Positions 10,187 through 18,702 of a DNA stretch of 48,334 nucleotides are shown piece by piece. The DNA comes from Dehalococcoidia bacterium (GTDB taxonomy: Bacteria > Chloroflexota > Dehalococcoidia > Dehalococcoidales > SURF-40), in assembly GCA_003599745.1 (NCBI GenBank), contig QZJL01000029.1:1-48334 (forward strand), written 5' to 3'. The position numbers and the translations under genes are program-made. Positions within the stretch are counted from its first letter, which is position 1. The number at the start of each line of letters is the position of its first letter. The notes under the pieces are model-generated. The model was not told the DNA's origin. It searched no databases and worked only from the letters and a program-made list of their open reading frames with translations.

Positions 10187-11122
10187 GTGTTCGTGATGGA
10201 ACCGACCGGCAAAAAGGGGTTCCTGTACAACACTAAAGATGTCTCCAAGCTGGCGATGGCCGGCATCGGGCTGATGGTTCTGCTAAAAGTAGTGGGCAGC
10301 ATCATCACCGGTAGCATAGGCATCCGGGCCGATGCCATCCATTCGAGCATTGACTTCGTCGGGGCTTTTTTGGGCTTTCTTGCCATCAGGCTGGCCGGGA
10401 GACCGCCTGACGAAGACCATCCCTACGGACATCACAAGGCCGAGAACATCGCCGGGCTATTTATCGCTGGCCTGATTTTTTTCGCCGCCGGCTCCATCAT
10501 CTACGAAGCCATCCGCCGTTTGATACAGGGCGGCGCGGTGGAAATGCTCAGCGTCGGCATCTGGATTACGGCCGCTGCGATTATAATTAACGTAACCATT
10601 TCATGGTGGGCGCTACGCATTGCCAGAGTCAACGATTCGGTTGCCCTGGAAGCTACCGGGAAAGACCTTTACGCTGACGTGCTCAGTTCGGTGGCAGTGC
10701 TCGCCGGCCTTTTGCTGGTACAGTTTACCGGCATCGCAATGCTGGACCCGATAATCGCTATCCTGGTCGGCCTGCTCATCGGCCGCACCGCTTACAAAAC
10801 GATGATGAGGTCTTTGGGCGAGTTGATGGATAAAAGGCTACCCGAAGAAGAAGAAAAAATCATCAGGGATTGTATCAATGAGCACTTTGACCGGGTGGTG
10901 GATGCTCACGAATTTCGAACACACAAGGCCGGGGGACAGCGTTTTGTTGACCTGCACATGGTTATGCCGCGTGACCTCAACCTGGGCCAGGCCCACCACA
11001 TATGTGACCATATCGAGCATCACATCCACCACCGGCTGAAAAGGGTCAGCATCACCATCCACCTAGAACCGTGCCGTGATGAATGCCCCAGTTGCGTTGT
11101 GAAATGCGACCTAAAAAAGTAA
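10187..11122 (+). CDS. Cation diffusion facilitator (CDF) family metal efflux transporter
   Basis: Six TM segments, RADAIHSSIDFVG, HPYGHHKAE, and a His-rich C-terminal domain (HHICDHIEHHIHHRL). The listed start is GTG 10187; ATG 10196 is equally possible. Confidence 0.9.
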   Translation: MFVMEPTGKKGFLYNTKDVSKLAMAGIGLMVLLKVVGSIITGSIGIRADAIHSSIDFVGAFLGFLAIRLAGRPPDEDHPYGHHKAENIAGLFIAGLIFFAAGSIIYEAIRRLIQGGAVEMLSVGIWITAAAIIINVTISWWALRIARVNDSVALEATGKDLYADVLSSVAVLAGLLLVQFTGIAMLDPIIAILVGLLIGRTAYKTMMRSLGELMDKRLPEEEEKIIRDCINEHFDRVVDAHEFRTHKAGGQRFVDLHMVMPRDLNLGQAHHICDHIEHHIHHRLKRVSITIHLEPCRDECPSCVVKCDLKK

Positions 11123-11185
11123 GGTATCAAGTAAGGGATAGCTCCTGACGCTTAACCCGTACGTAACCCGGACTCGCCGCACCAT

Positions 11186-11214
11186 TTGACGCCCCGAGCC
11201 TCTTTGCCTATACT
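11186..11214 (+). promoter_or_regulatory. Candidate sigma-70-type promoter for tRNA-Ser
   Basis: TTGACG (11186-11191), 17-nt spacer, TATACT (11209-11214). The tRNA 5' end is 10 nt downstream. Confidence 0.5.
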
Positions 11215-11224
11215 GAGATGGCGT

Positions 11225-11314
11225 GGAGGGGTGTCCGAGTGGCCTATGGTGACGGTCTTGAAAACCGTTGTCGGTGCAAGCCGACCGTGGGTTCGAATCC
11301 CACCCCCTCCGCCA
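11225..11314 (+). tRNA. tRNA-Ser (anticodon UGA) with encoded CCA
   Basis: Acceptor GGAGGGG/CCCCTCC. Anticodon stem ACGGT/ACCGT with loop CUUGAAA. Long variable arm (TGTCGGTGCAAGCCGACC). T arm GTGGG-TTCGAAT-CCCAC. Discriminator G followed by CCA. Confidence 0.95.
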
Positions 11315-11318
11315 ACCT

Positions 11319-12908
11319 TCACCGCCCCACCACTTCCACCCTCTCCAGCCTCACAAACCCCAGCACATTAGGCTCATAGCCTTTAACGTAGGGCTTCACC
11401 AAAAGGTAGCTCCTGCCTGTCCATAGCGGGATGCAGGCGAAGTCGTCAACCAGCGTCTTTTCAGCCTGTCGGTAGAGGGAAATCATTTTAGCTTCATCCG
11501 GCTCGAGCGCCGCCTGCGCCAGCAGGGCGTCCACTGCCGGGTTGGCATATTCCCCGAAGTTGCTTTCGGAACCAGTGCCGAACAGCACGTCGAGAAAGTT
11601 CTGCGGGTGCGGGTAGTCGGCAATCCAGCCCATATCGAACATCTGGTCTTTCTCCGCCCGCAGGCTATAGAAATAGAAATCGGGCTCTAATTGGCGGAGG
11701 GTGACCTCCACCCCCAGGTTCTCACGCCACTGCACCACCAGGGCATCGAGGTAGCCCGGTACCAGACCGCCCCAGCCGGAGACGGTGAGGACGATGGGCG
11801 GCAGGTTAGCGGCGCTGCCGTAGCGCGAAGCTTCAAGGTATGCCTTCGCCCGGTTGGCGTCGAAGCTCTCGCCCTTCAGATTCGGGTCGTAGCCGGGTAT
11901 GCCGGGTGGCAGGATGCCGTGCGCCACCGGCGCCGTACCGTGGAAGACCAGCGAGGCCAGCTTTTCTTTATCCACCGCCAGGGCAAAAGCACGGCGGACG
12001 TTAACATCGTCGAAGGGCGGCTGGCGGTGGTTAAAGCCGATAAAGCCGAAGCTCAGCTCGGAGACGACCTCAAGCTCACCGAGGAAAGCCCCGGCGGGGT
12101 CGGTGGCCTTATAGATTTCCGCCGAGGAGACTCCGGCGACATCGATCTCGCCGGTCTCGTAGAGGTCGAAGGGCACGCCGCCTAAAAATTTGAAGACGAC
12201 CCTGCCCAGCTTTGCCTTCTCGCCGTAGTAGCCGTCGTTGCCGACAAGGACGAGCTGCTGGCGGGGCTGCCACTGGCTGAGCTTGAAAGGGCCGGTGCCG
12301 TTGGGTTTCTGCCACCACCCGGCGCCACCGGCGACATTGTTGCGGTCAACCACGAAGGAGGTGGGGTAAGCGAGCTTGTAGAGGAAATAGGTCTTCGGGG
12401 CGTCAAGGGTGACCTCAAGGGTATGGTCGCCAATCACCTTTACCCCGCTTATTTCGCTGGCCTTGCCCGATAGCTTGTCCAAAATCCCGACGATGTCGCC
12501 GAGATAGGTGGAGGCGGTCTGCGAGCCGGTCCGGGGGTCAACCGCCCGCTCCCAGGCGTACTTGAAATCCCCGGCGGTGACTTTGCGGCCGTCGTGAAAG
12601 GTCACGTCCTGCCTGAGGAAGAAGGTGTAGGTGAGGCCACCGTTGCTGACTTCCCAGCGTTCGGCGATGTCCGGCGCGGGAGCGAGGTCGTCCTCCAGGC
12701 GGACGAGGCCGCTGAAAATCTGCTGGACGTACCCGCTGGAGGTGGCGTCGGCGGCCAGCGCCGGGTCGAGGGTGAAGGGGTCAATGTTATAGAGGTTCAG
12801 GGTGCCGCCCGAGGGTATGGTTGCAGGCGATAACCATGGCAGGCAGGCTGATAACCCCGGCAAGGCCGTCATCAGCAGAGCGAGCGATAACAGTACCAGC
12901 TTTCTCAT
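11319..12908 (-). CDS. ABC transporter substrate-binding lipoprotein, family 5 (peptide/nickel type); no adjacent permease or ATPase
   Basis: Signal peptide with lipobox LPGLSAC. Overall length and pattern (DPxxxxD, YxFxLRxxVxFHDG, LVxNDxYYG) are typical of SBP_bac_5. Confidence 0.85.
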   Translation of the reverse strand: MRKLVLLSLALLMTALPGLSACLPWLSPATIPSGGTLNLYNIDPFTLDPALAADATSSGYVQQIFSGLVRLEDDLAPAPDIAERWEVSNGGLTYTFFLRQDVTFHDGRKVTAGDFKYAWERAVDPRTGSQTASTYLGDIVGILDKLSGKASEISGVKVIGDHTLEVTLDAPKTYFLYKLAYPTSFVVDRNNVAGGAGWWQKPNGTGPFKLSQWQPRQQLVLVGNDGYYGEKAKLGRVVFKFLGGVPFDLYETGEIDVAGVSSAEIYKATDPAGAFLGELEVVSELSFGFIGFNHRQPPFDDVNVRRAFALAVDKEKLASLVFHGTAPVAHGILPPGIPGYDPNLKGESFDANRAKAYLEASRYGSAANLPPIVLTVSGWGGLVPGYLDALVVQWRENLGVEVTLRQLEPDFYFYSLRAEKDQMFDMGWIADYPHPQNFLDVLFGTGSESNFGEYANPAVDALLAQAALEPDEAKMISLYRQAEKTLVDDFACIPLWTGRSYLLVKPYVKGYEPNVLGFVRLERVEVVGR

Positions 12909-14056
12909 CTGACTGCTCCCGCCAGCTCAGGCTGAGCTGGTGTGGCTGCCCCCGCCAGGTACTGGCTGCGGACGTAGTCCCGCCATAGACGGTTAAGGCC
13001 GTCAGTATCGAAGCCATAGACCTTCAGGAGGGCAGCGTCGTAGTCGCTGCCCTGGCGGAAGACGCCGAGCAATTCCAGCATTCTGGACTGCCCGTAGGTG
13101 CCGATGAGATAATCCACGATACTGAAGCTCTGGGCGTAGGCTAGCACCGCCTGGTCGGTTAACGCCGAAAACGGGCTTGATAGGGTACGGACGGTAAACA
13201 GCCGGTCGGCTGCCACCGCCCGACGAAAAGAGGTGGTAAATTGCCCTTCCAGCGGGCCTTCAGCATACATCGCCATCCCCTCATCCAGCCAGACCGGAAT
13301 ATCAAGGTAGGGGTTATCGGTGAGCTGGTGCACCACCAGGTGGGCCAGCTCGTGGGCGACTGTCCTTTTTCCCCAGTCGAGCATCACCGGCGAAACCCCC
13401 AGTGTTATGATGCCGTAGTCGGGATAAGCGGCGCCGCCCGTCCACTCGCTGGGGAAAACCATCGCCCCCTGCAGGTCGCCGCTGCCGTTGTAAAGGTAGA
13501 CGCTAACCGGGCTTGAGAGCAGCGTGCCGGTGTCCTGGCCCAGGCGGGGCAAAGCCGCCTGCGCCGCCGCCATCATCTCGCGGGCGAAAGCGTCGTTACC
13601 GGCGTACCAGTAGATGGTCAGCTGGCCTTCGCTCAAGCTGCGCCAGGCGTAGCGGGCGTCGTGCCAGTCAACCCGCTTTACCTCGCTGGTAGTCACCCGC
13701 CCCCCGGCATCGGTTAGAAGCCACCAGTAGCGCACCGCCGTGCCCGGGGGCAGGCCGCCGGTAAAGCGCATATCAAGGGTGTAGCCGGCGTCAACCTGCG
13801 TGCCGGGCGTAAACGGCACGGCGACCTCGGCGGTTACCCGGGCAAAGCCGGTACGCTCAACTTCGTAGCGCACGCGGACATCGGTAATCTGGCTATCGCC
13901 GGACGCGGAAAGGGAGAAGTTAAGCCGGGTGGGAAAGTCCGCCTGGGCACCGCTGGATAAGACCCGGGGCCCGCTCTGGGATTGGGCGGCTACCGGGGCG
14001 ACCATCACCCAGACTACCGAGACCAGCAACAGGATGATTAGCAGTTTATGTTTCAT
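12905..14056 (-). CDS. Secreted zinc metallopeptidase, MA-clan-like (HExxH)
   Basis: N-terminal signal peptide (MKHKLLIILLLVSVVWVMVAPVAAQ). HELAH motif in VAHELAHLVVHQ, with a downstream E (WLDEGMAMY). ATGA overlap with the binding-protein gene. Confidence 0.65.
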   Translation of the reverse strand: MKHKLLIILLLVSVVWVMVAPVAAQSQSGPRVLSSGAQADFPTRLNFSLSASGDSQITDVRVRYEVERTGFARVTAEVAVPFTPGTQVDAGYTLDMRFTGGLPPGTAVRYWWLLTDAGGRVTTSEVKRVDWHDARYAWRSLSEGQLTIYWYAGNDAFAREMMAAAQAALPRLGQDTGTLLSSPVSVYLYNGSGDLQGAMVFPSEWTGGAAYPDYGIITLGVSPVMLDWGKRTVAHELAHLVVHQLTDNPYLDIPVWLDEGMAMYAEGPLEGQFTTSFRRAVAADRLFTVRTLSSPFSALTDQAVLAYAQSFSIVDYLIGTYGQSRMLELLGVFRQGSDYDAALLKVYGFDTDGLNRLWRDYVRSQYLAGAATPAQPELAGAVR

Positions 14057-14059
14057 GCT

Positions 14060-15158
14060 TTAAGCCACCTTGCTCAACTGGGCACGGAGATAGGCGCTTA
14101 TAAACCCGTCAAGGTCGCCGTCAAGCACCGATTCGGTGTCGCCGGTCTGGTAGCCGGTGCGGTGGTCTTTCACCAGACGGTAGGGATGCAAAACGTAGCT
14201 CCTTATCTGGTTACCGAAACCGGCGCTCACCCGCTCGCCTTTAAGTTTAGCACGGGCTTCCTCCTGTTTAACCAGTTCCTTTTCCAGGATGCGCGATCGC
14301 AGGATACGCATGGCAATCTCCTTGTTCTGGTGTTGGGAGCGCTCGCTCTGGGAGGTGACCACCAGGCCAGTGGGAAGATGGGTGATGCGCACCGCGCTCG
14401 AAGTCTTCTGCATGTGCTGGCCGCCCGGCCCGCTGGAGCGGAAGGTGTCGATTTTCAGGTCTTCGGGCGGGATTTTAACGTCAACGTCGGCCTCGGCCTC
14501 GGGCAGTACCTCCACCAGGGCAAATGAGGTGTGGCGGGCGTGGTCGGCATCGAAGGGCGAAAGCCGCACCAGGCGGTGCACGCCATGCTCCGACTTGAGG
14601 TAGCCGGTGGCGTGGTCGCCGCTCAGGGCAATGGTGGTGCTCTTGATGCCCGCCTCCTCGCCGGGGGAAGTATCGAGCACCTCGGCCCGGTAGCCCCGCC
14701 GCTCCGCCCAGCGCAGGTACATGCGCAAAAGCATCTCCGCCCAGTCCTGGGACTCGGTGCCGCCCGCCCCGGCGTGGATGGCAACGAGCGCGTTGCGGTC
14801 ATCGTATTCGCCGCCGAAAGCAAGCTCCAGTTCCATCTCGTCAAGCCGCTCTGCCAGCTCTTCAGCTTCTTTACTCACCTCCGGCTCCAGGGCCGGGTCT
14901 GCTTCGGCCAGCGGCACCAGTTCCCTAATATCGGCCACCTTTTTCGCTATCTCCCGCCAGGTGCCGACCAGCTTCTGCTGTTCGGCGAGGCGGCGCATTA
15001 CCTGCTGGGCGTGCGGCCGGTCCTGCCAGAAATCGGGCTTCGCCGACTCTCTCTCTAAAACCGTGATTTCTTTCTCCCGCCCCGCCAGGTCAAAGATGCT
15101 CCATAGCGGCCGCGACCCGGGTTTCGATTTCTTTAAGGGTATCTCTTAAAAGTGCCAT
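14060..15158 (-). CDS. prfB: Peptide chain release factor 2, expressed through a programmed +1 ribosomal frameshift
   Basis: Frame-0 leader runs from ATG 15158: MALLRDTLKEIETRVAAAMEHL, then TGA. After a +1 shift at CTT TGA C the reading continues DLAGREKEITVLERESAKPDFWQDRPHAQQVMRRLAEQQ... into listed ORF 14060..14998. RF2 motifs SPF and GGQHMQKTSSAVRITH are present. Total length is 365 aa. Confidence 0.92.
15089..15095 (-). promoter_or_regulatory. RF2 autoregulatory +1 frameshift site CTT-TGA-C with an upstream internal SD-like GGAG
   Basis: The minus strand reads ATGGAGCAT CTT TGA C. GGAG lies 3 nt before the CUU slip codon, the same geometry as the E. coli prfB site. Confidence 0.9.
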
Positions 15159-15163
15159 CAGTT

Positions 15164-15853
15164 TTACCTCGTACAAACGGATTTTATCAGTCGAAGGTTA
15201 CCGCCCGCCGCCTGGTGGGCAAGCCGCGCTGGCTCGGGCAGACGGTAGCCTCCCAGGCAGCGCATGACCCATTTAATTGACATATTCAGACTGATGCGAT
15301 GGCCAATAGAAACGTAAACCGGCTTCGTCCCCGCCCGGGTGCGCAGCGCCGCCCCGATGACTTCGCCGTTATCCCTGAGCAAGGCGTATTCGCCGGGATT
15401 TTGCCCGGGTTCGGCGTGACTGCCCACCAGCCGCGACTTGGCGCAGCCGATGGCAGGTATGCCGAGAAAAAGACCCAGGTGACAGGCGATACCGAAGCGG
15501 CGGGGATGCGCCAGCCCCTGGCCGTCAACCAGCACCATGTCGGGGACGGTCGCCAGCTTTCGGAAGGCCGCCAGCAGGAGCGGTATCTCACGGAAAGAGA
15601 GCAGGCCGGGGATGTAGGGGAAGTCCAGGCGGCCCTCGACGGCTGACACTTCGACTGTCTCTAATCCGGGATAGTTCAGAACGACGACCGCCGCCCGTGC
15701 CCGCCCATCACGTTCAACGGATATATCTGTGCCGGCGACAAAGCGCACCGCTCGCTTCTGCCATTTTTTGCTGACGCGGACGGCAAGCGACTTTTGCAGG
15801 CCAATCGCCGCGGCGGGGCTGAGCCGCCAGCCGTGCAAATCGGTTACTTCCAT
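15164..15853 (-). CDS. nfi: Endonuclease V (deoxyinosine 3' endonuclease)
   Basis: VAGTDIS, DFPYIPGLLSFREIP, VDGQGLAHPRRFGIACHLG, IGCAKSRL. The ORF is open to a TTG at 15889, but ATG 15853 is preferred because of the promoter geometry. Confidence 0.9.
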   Translation of the reverse strand: MEVTDLHGWRLSPAAAIGLQKSLAVRVSKKWQKRAVRFVAGTDISVERDGRARAAVVVLNYPGLETVEVSAVEGRLDFPYIPGLLSFREIPLLLAAFRKLATVPDMVLVDGQGLAHPRRFGIACHLGLFLGIPAIGCAKSRLVGSHAEPGQNPGEYALLRDNGEVIGAALRTRAGTKPVYVSIGHRISLNMSIKWVMRCLGGYRLPEPARLAHQAAGGNLRLIKSVCTR

Positions 15854-15859
15854 TATTTG

Positions 15860-15889
15860 ATTATAACGGGTACACTTAAATGGGGGCAA
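15860..15889 (-). promoter_or_regulatory. Candidate promoter giving a leaderless nfi transcript
   Basis: Minus strand: TTGCCC, 18-nt spacer, TATAAT, then 6 nt (CAAATA) to ATG 15853. No SD. Confidence 0.45.
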
Positions 15890-15890
15890 C

Positions 15891-15919
15891 TTGACGCCTC
15901 ATTCTTCTTCTGCTAAGAT
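15891..15919 (+). promoter_or_regulatory. Candidate promoter of the ATP synthase operon (divergent from nfi)
   Basis: TTGACG (15891-15896), 17-nt spacer, TAAGAT (15914-15919). Confidence 0.5.
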
Positions 15920-15927
15920 AAATTACT

Positions 15928-16164
15928 TTGGAAGGCGCTAAAGTGGTTGCCGCGCTCAGGCTCGTGGGCGTGGGGTTTTTTATCGGCGGCGCCATCGTAG
16001 CCGGGGTAATGGGCGGCCTCTTTCTGGATAACCGCCTGGGAACCAGACCCTTCCTGACGCTGGCCGGGTTGTTCATCGGCTTGCTGGTTGCCTTTATCGG
16101 CGTCTATCAGATGCTGCTGCCCCTGCTGAAAAACTCTAACAACAATAAAAAGGAGAATGGCTAG
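15928..16164 (+). CDS. AtpZ/AtpI-like small membrane protein at the head of the atp operon
   Basis: Two TM helices. Occupies the position immediately upstream of atpB. The listed start is TTG 15928; GTG 15943, preceded by GGAAGG, is a plausible alternative. Confidence 0.6.
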   Translation: MEGAKVVAALRLVGVGFFIGGAIVAGVMGGLFLDNRLGTRPFLTLAGLFIGLLVAFIGVYQMLLPLLKNSNNNKKENG

Positions 16165-17132
16165 TGGCCAAGAGGGCCAAAAAGGGGTGCCTGGGGTGTT
16201 CCTTTCCCCTGGCGATTGGCCTTATTGTCCTTTTCCTGGCGATGTTCGTTATCGGCTTTCTCGCCGGCCCCATCGGCAGCAAGATGTTTCCCGCTATACA
16301 GCTCCCGGAATGGCTCAGCGTTGCCAAACCGCACCCGGAACTGCCCGCCGAAGTAGTCTTCCATCTCTTCGGCTTTCCCGTCAGTAACAGCATCATTGCC
16401 GCCTGGGTGACCGTCATCGTGGTCATCCTTTTCTTCGGACTGGTCACCCGCCGCTCGAAGCTCATCCCGGGGCGGCTCCAGTCCATCATCGAAGGTCTCC
16501 TGGGCTGGCTCTACGATTTCTGCAAGAACGTTGCCGGTGAGGCTGACGGGCGCAAGTTCTTCCCCATCGTCGCCACCATCTTCATTTTCGTGGCCTTTAA
16601 CGCCTGGCTGGGGTTGCTGCCCGGTTTCGGCTCAATCACGGTACACACCGCCGAGGGCGAGACGCATCTTTTGAGACCAGCTAACACCGATATCAACGTG
16701 CCCCTGGCGCTGGCGCTGATTTCTTTTGTCTTCGTCGAGTATTTCGGCCTGCGGGCACGCGGCATGCGCTACCTGAGCAAGTTCTTCAACTTCGGGGCGT
16801 TTTTCGGCGGTCTCGGGTTGATTTTCCGGGGTAAGGTGATGGGCGGGCTTTCGAAAATGTTTCTCGGGTTTATTAACGCCTTCATTGGTATCATCGAGCT
16901 GCTAAGTGAATTCATCCGAATTTTGAGCTTTACCTTCCGTCTTTTCGGCAATATGACGGCGGGTGAAATCCTGTTGCTGGCGGTCATGTTCCTGCTGCCG
17001 TTCCTTATTGCCCTGCCGTTTTACGTGCTGGAGCTCTTTGTGGGATTTGTCCAGGCTCTTATCTTCGGCGGCCTGACCCTCATCTTTTTAACGCTGGCGG
17101 TCACGCACAAGCACGAAGAAGGAGCCCATTAA
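16164..17132 (+). CDS. atpB: F-type ATP synthase F0 subunit a
   Basis: Polytopic protein with conserved FTFRLFGNMTAGE (essential Arg). GTG start overlaps the upstream TAG. Confidence 0.93.
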   Translation: MAKRAKKGCLGCSFPLAIGLIVLFLAMFVIGFLAGPIGSKMFPAIQLPEWLSVAKPHPELPAEVVFHLFGFPVSNSIIAAWVTVIVVILFFGLVTRRSKLIPGRLQSIIEGLLGWLYDFCKNVAGEADGRKFFPIVATIFIFVAFNAWLGLLPGFGSITVHTAEGETHLLRPANTDINVPLALALISFVFVEYFGLRARGMRYLSKFFNFGAFFGGLGLIFRGKVMGGLSKMFLGFINAFIGIIELLSEFIRILSFTFRLFGNMTAGEILLLAVMFLLPFLIALPFYVLELFVGFVQALIFGGLTLIFLTLAVTHKHEEGAH

Positions 17133-17170
17133 ACAGGTCGGGTTAAACCTAATTTTATAAGGGGGTTAAG

Positions 17171-17401
17171 ATGACACCGGAAGTAATGAAGATGCTGGCG
17201 GTGGGGCTGGCGGTAGGACTGGGCATGCTTGGCCCGGCCCTGGCCCTGGGGCTGATTGGTTACTCCGCCCTTCAGGGTATCGCCCGCAACCCGGAGGCGC
17301 GAGGGCCAATCCTGACCAACATGATTCTAATCGGCGCCTTCGCCGAAGCCATCGGCATTTACGTTCTCATCGTGGGCATTATCCTTGCCTTGGTTGTGTA
17401 G
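17171..17401 (+). CDS. atpE: F-type ATP synthase F0 subunit c
   Basis: 76-aa hairpin proteolipid with loop GIARNPEARG and carboxylate in GAFAEAIGIY. Confidence 0.95.
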   Translation: MTPEVMKMLAVGLAVGLGMLGPALALGLIGYSALQGIARNPEARGPILTNMILIGAFAEAIGIYVLIVGIILALVV

Positions 17402-17429
17402 CAGCCAGAAATAAAAGGGGGGTACTGAC

Positions 17430-17543
17430 ATGGGACAAGACGGTCTGCCGCTTTCCCTTAGTTTGATTATCGTCGCCGCTATTCTCGGGGTGGCGCTGGT
17501 GGTGGGTCTGACGCTGATGGCTATCCTGTCGAACCTGGCCTGA
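17430..17543 (+). CDS. 37-aa hydrophobic micro-ORF between atpE and atpF (below the ORF-track cutoff)
   Basis: GGGGGG SD lies 7 nt before the ATG. Translation MGQDGLPLSLSLIIVAAILGVALVVGLTLMAILSNLA forms a single TM helix. Confidence 0.4.
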   Translation: MGQDGLPLSLSLIIVAAILGVALVVGLTLMAILSNLA

Positions 17544-17580
17544 GGCCGACCCGGAACGCCAACTTAAAGGTGGCTGAATT

Positions 17581-18099
17581 ATGGAAGCCCTGATAAGAAT
17601 TTTAACAAGCTTCGGGGTAACGTGGCCTGCGCTGATTGCGCAGGTGGTGAACTTCGTGCTGCTGCTGGTGCTGCTGCATCTTTTTGCCTACAAGCCGGTG
17701 ATGCGGATGCTCGACGAGCGTTCACGGCGCATCAGGGAGAGCATGGAGCAGACCGAGCTGGTCAAGCAGCAGACGGCACAGGCTGCGGAAGAGACCAAAA
17801 AGCGCCTCGCCCAGGCAAGCTTGGAAGGCCAGGAAATCTTAAACCGCGCCGCCAAGACCGGCGAGGAGATGAGGCAAAAAACCCTTCAGGACGCCAAAGA
17901 AGCCAGCGAAGCCCTTGTCCAGAAAGCGCGCAGCGAAATAGCCGCCGAGCGCGACGAGGCCATTGACAGCGTGCGCCGCGAGTTCGCCGACCTAACTATC
18001 CTGGCGGCGGAAAAGGTAATCAGCCGTTCGCTGGATAAGAAAGCCCACCAGGAGCTGATTGACAGGGTGCTCGAAGAGGGCGAAAGCCTCAAGAAATAA
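17581..18099 (+). CDS. atpF: F-type ATP synthase F0 subunit b
   Basis: N-terminal TM helix followed by a long charged helix (AAEETKKRLAQASLEGQEIL...). Operon position. Confidence 0.9.
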   Translation: MEALIRILTSFGVTWPALIAQVVNFVLLLVLLHLFAYKPVMRMLDERSRRIRESMEQTELVKQQTAQAAEETKKRLAQASLEGQEILNRAAKTGEEMRQKTLQDAKEASEALVQKARSEIAAERDEAIDSVRREFADLTILAAEKVISRSLDKKAHQELIDRVLEEGESLKK

Positions 18100-18168
18100 A
18101 CGGCGTAAGGGCAGCCAGAAATGTTTTAGGGACTGCCCTGATAGCATTACAGAGTATAGAACGAGAAG

Positions 18169-18699
18169 ATGACCATAAGATTAGCGGCCCGGCGTTACGC
18201 CCGGGCAATCTTTGAGATTGCGCTCGAGCGAAATGAGCTTGATAAATGGCAGGCAGACCTTGCCAGCCTCGCCGGTCTCAAAAAAGACGAGGCGGTCTTG
18301 AGCTGGCTGGCAAATCCCCGGGCGGACGGCGGGTTGAAGACCCAGTACCTTGAGCAGCTCGGGCTTGGGCCGCTGGGGCAAAACCTGGCGCACCTCTTGC
18401 TGGGTAAGGGACGCCTGGGCATGGCGGACGAAATTGATGACGAGTACCAGCGGCTGGTAGCCCGGCATCAGGGACTGGAAACCGCCGAGGTGACCACCGC
18501 CGTCCCTTTGTCCGATGTCGAAAAGGAAAACCTGGCAAAACGGCTGGGAACGGTCACCGGTAAGAAGGTAGTGCTCAAGACGGCGGTAGACACTCAAATT
18601 ATCGGCGGCATAACCGCCAGAATCAACGACCAGTTGCTCGACGGCAGCACCCGACGCCGTCTTCTGGACTTAAAAAAGGCAATCAGCGGCGGGAGGTAA
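18169..18699 (+). CDS. atpH: F-type ATP synthase subunit delta (OSCP)
   Basis: LAARRYARAIFEIA start and C-terminal GGITARINDQLLDGSTRRRL. Operon position. Confidence 0.9.
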   Translation: MTIRLAARRYARAIFEIALERNELDKWQADLASLAGLKKDEAVLSWLANPRADGGLKTQYLEQLGLGPLGQNLAHLLLGKGRLGMADEIDDEYQRLVARHQGLETAEVTTAVPLSDVEKENLAKRLGTVTGKKVVLKTAVDTQIIGGITARINDQLLDGSTRRRLLDLKKAISGGR

Positions 18700-18702
18700 G
18701 CG

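Noticed and set aside
11314-11321. The tRNA-Ser 3' end lies only 4 nt from the stop codon of the convergent binding-protein gene, so I considered it as an integration hotspot.
   Set aside because: There is no partial tRNA duplication, no att-like repeat and no integrase nearby. The flanking genes have host-like composition.
11186-11371. Listed 61-aa ORF.
   Set aside because: It overlaps the tRNA-Ser gene (11225..11314), so it is a translation artefact of a structural RNA.
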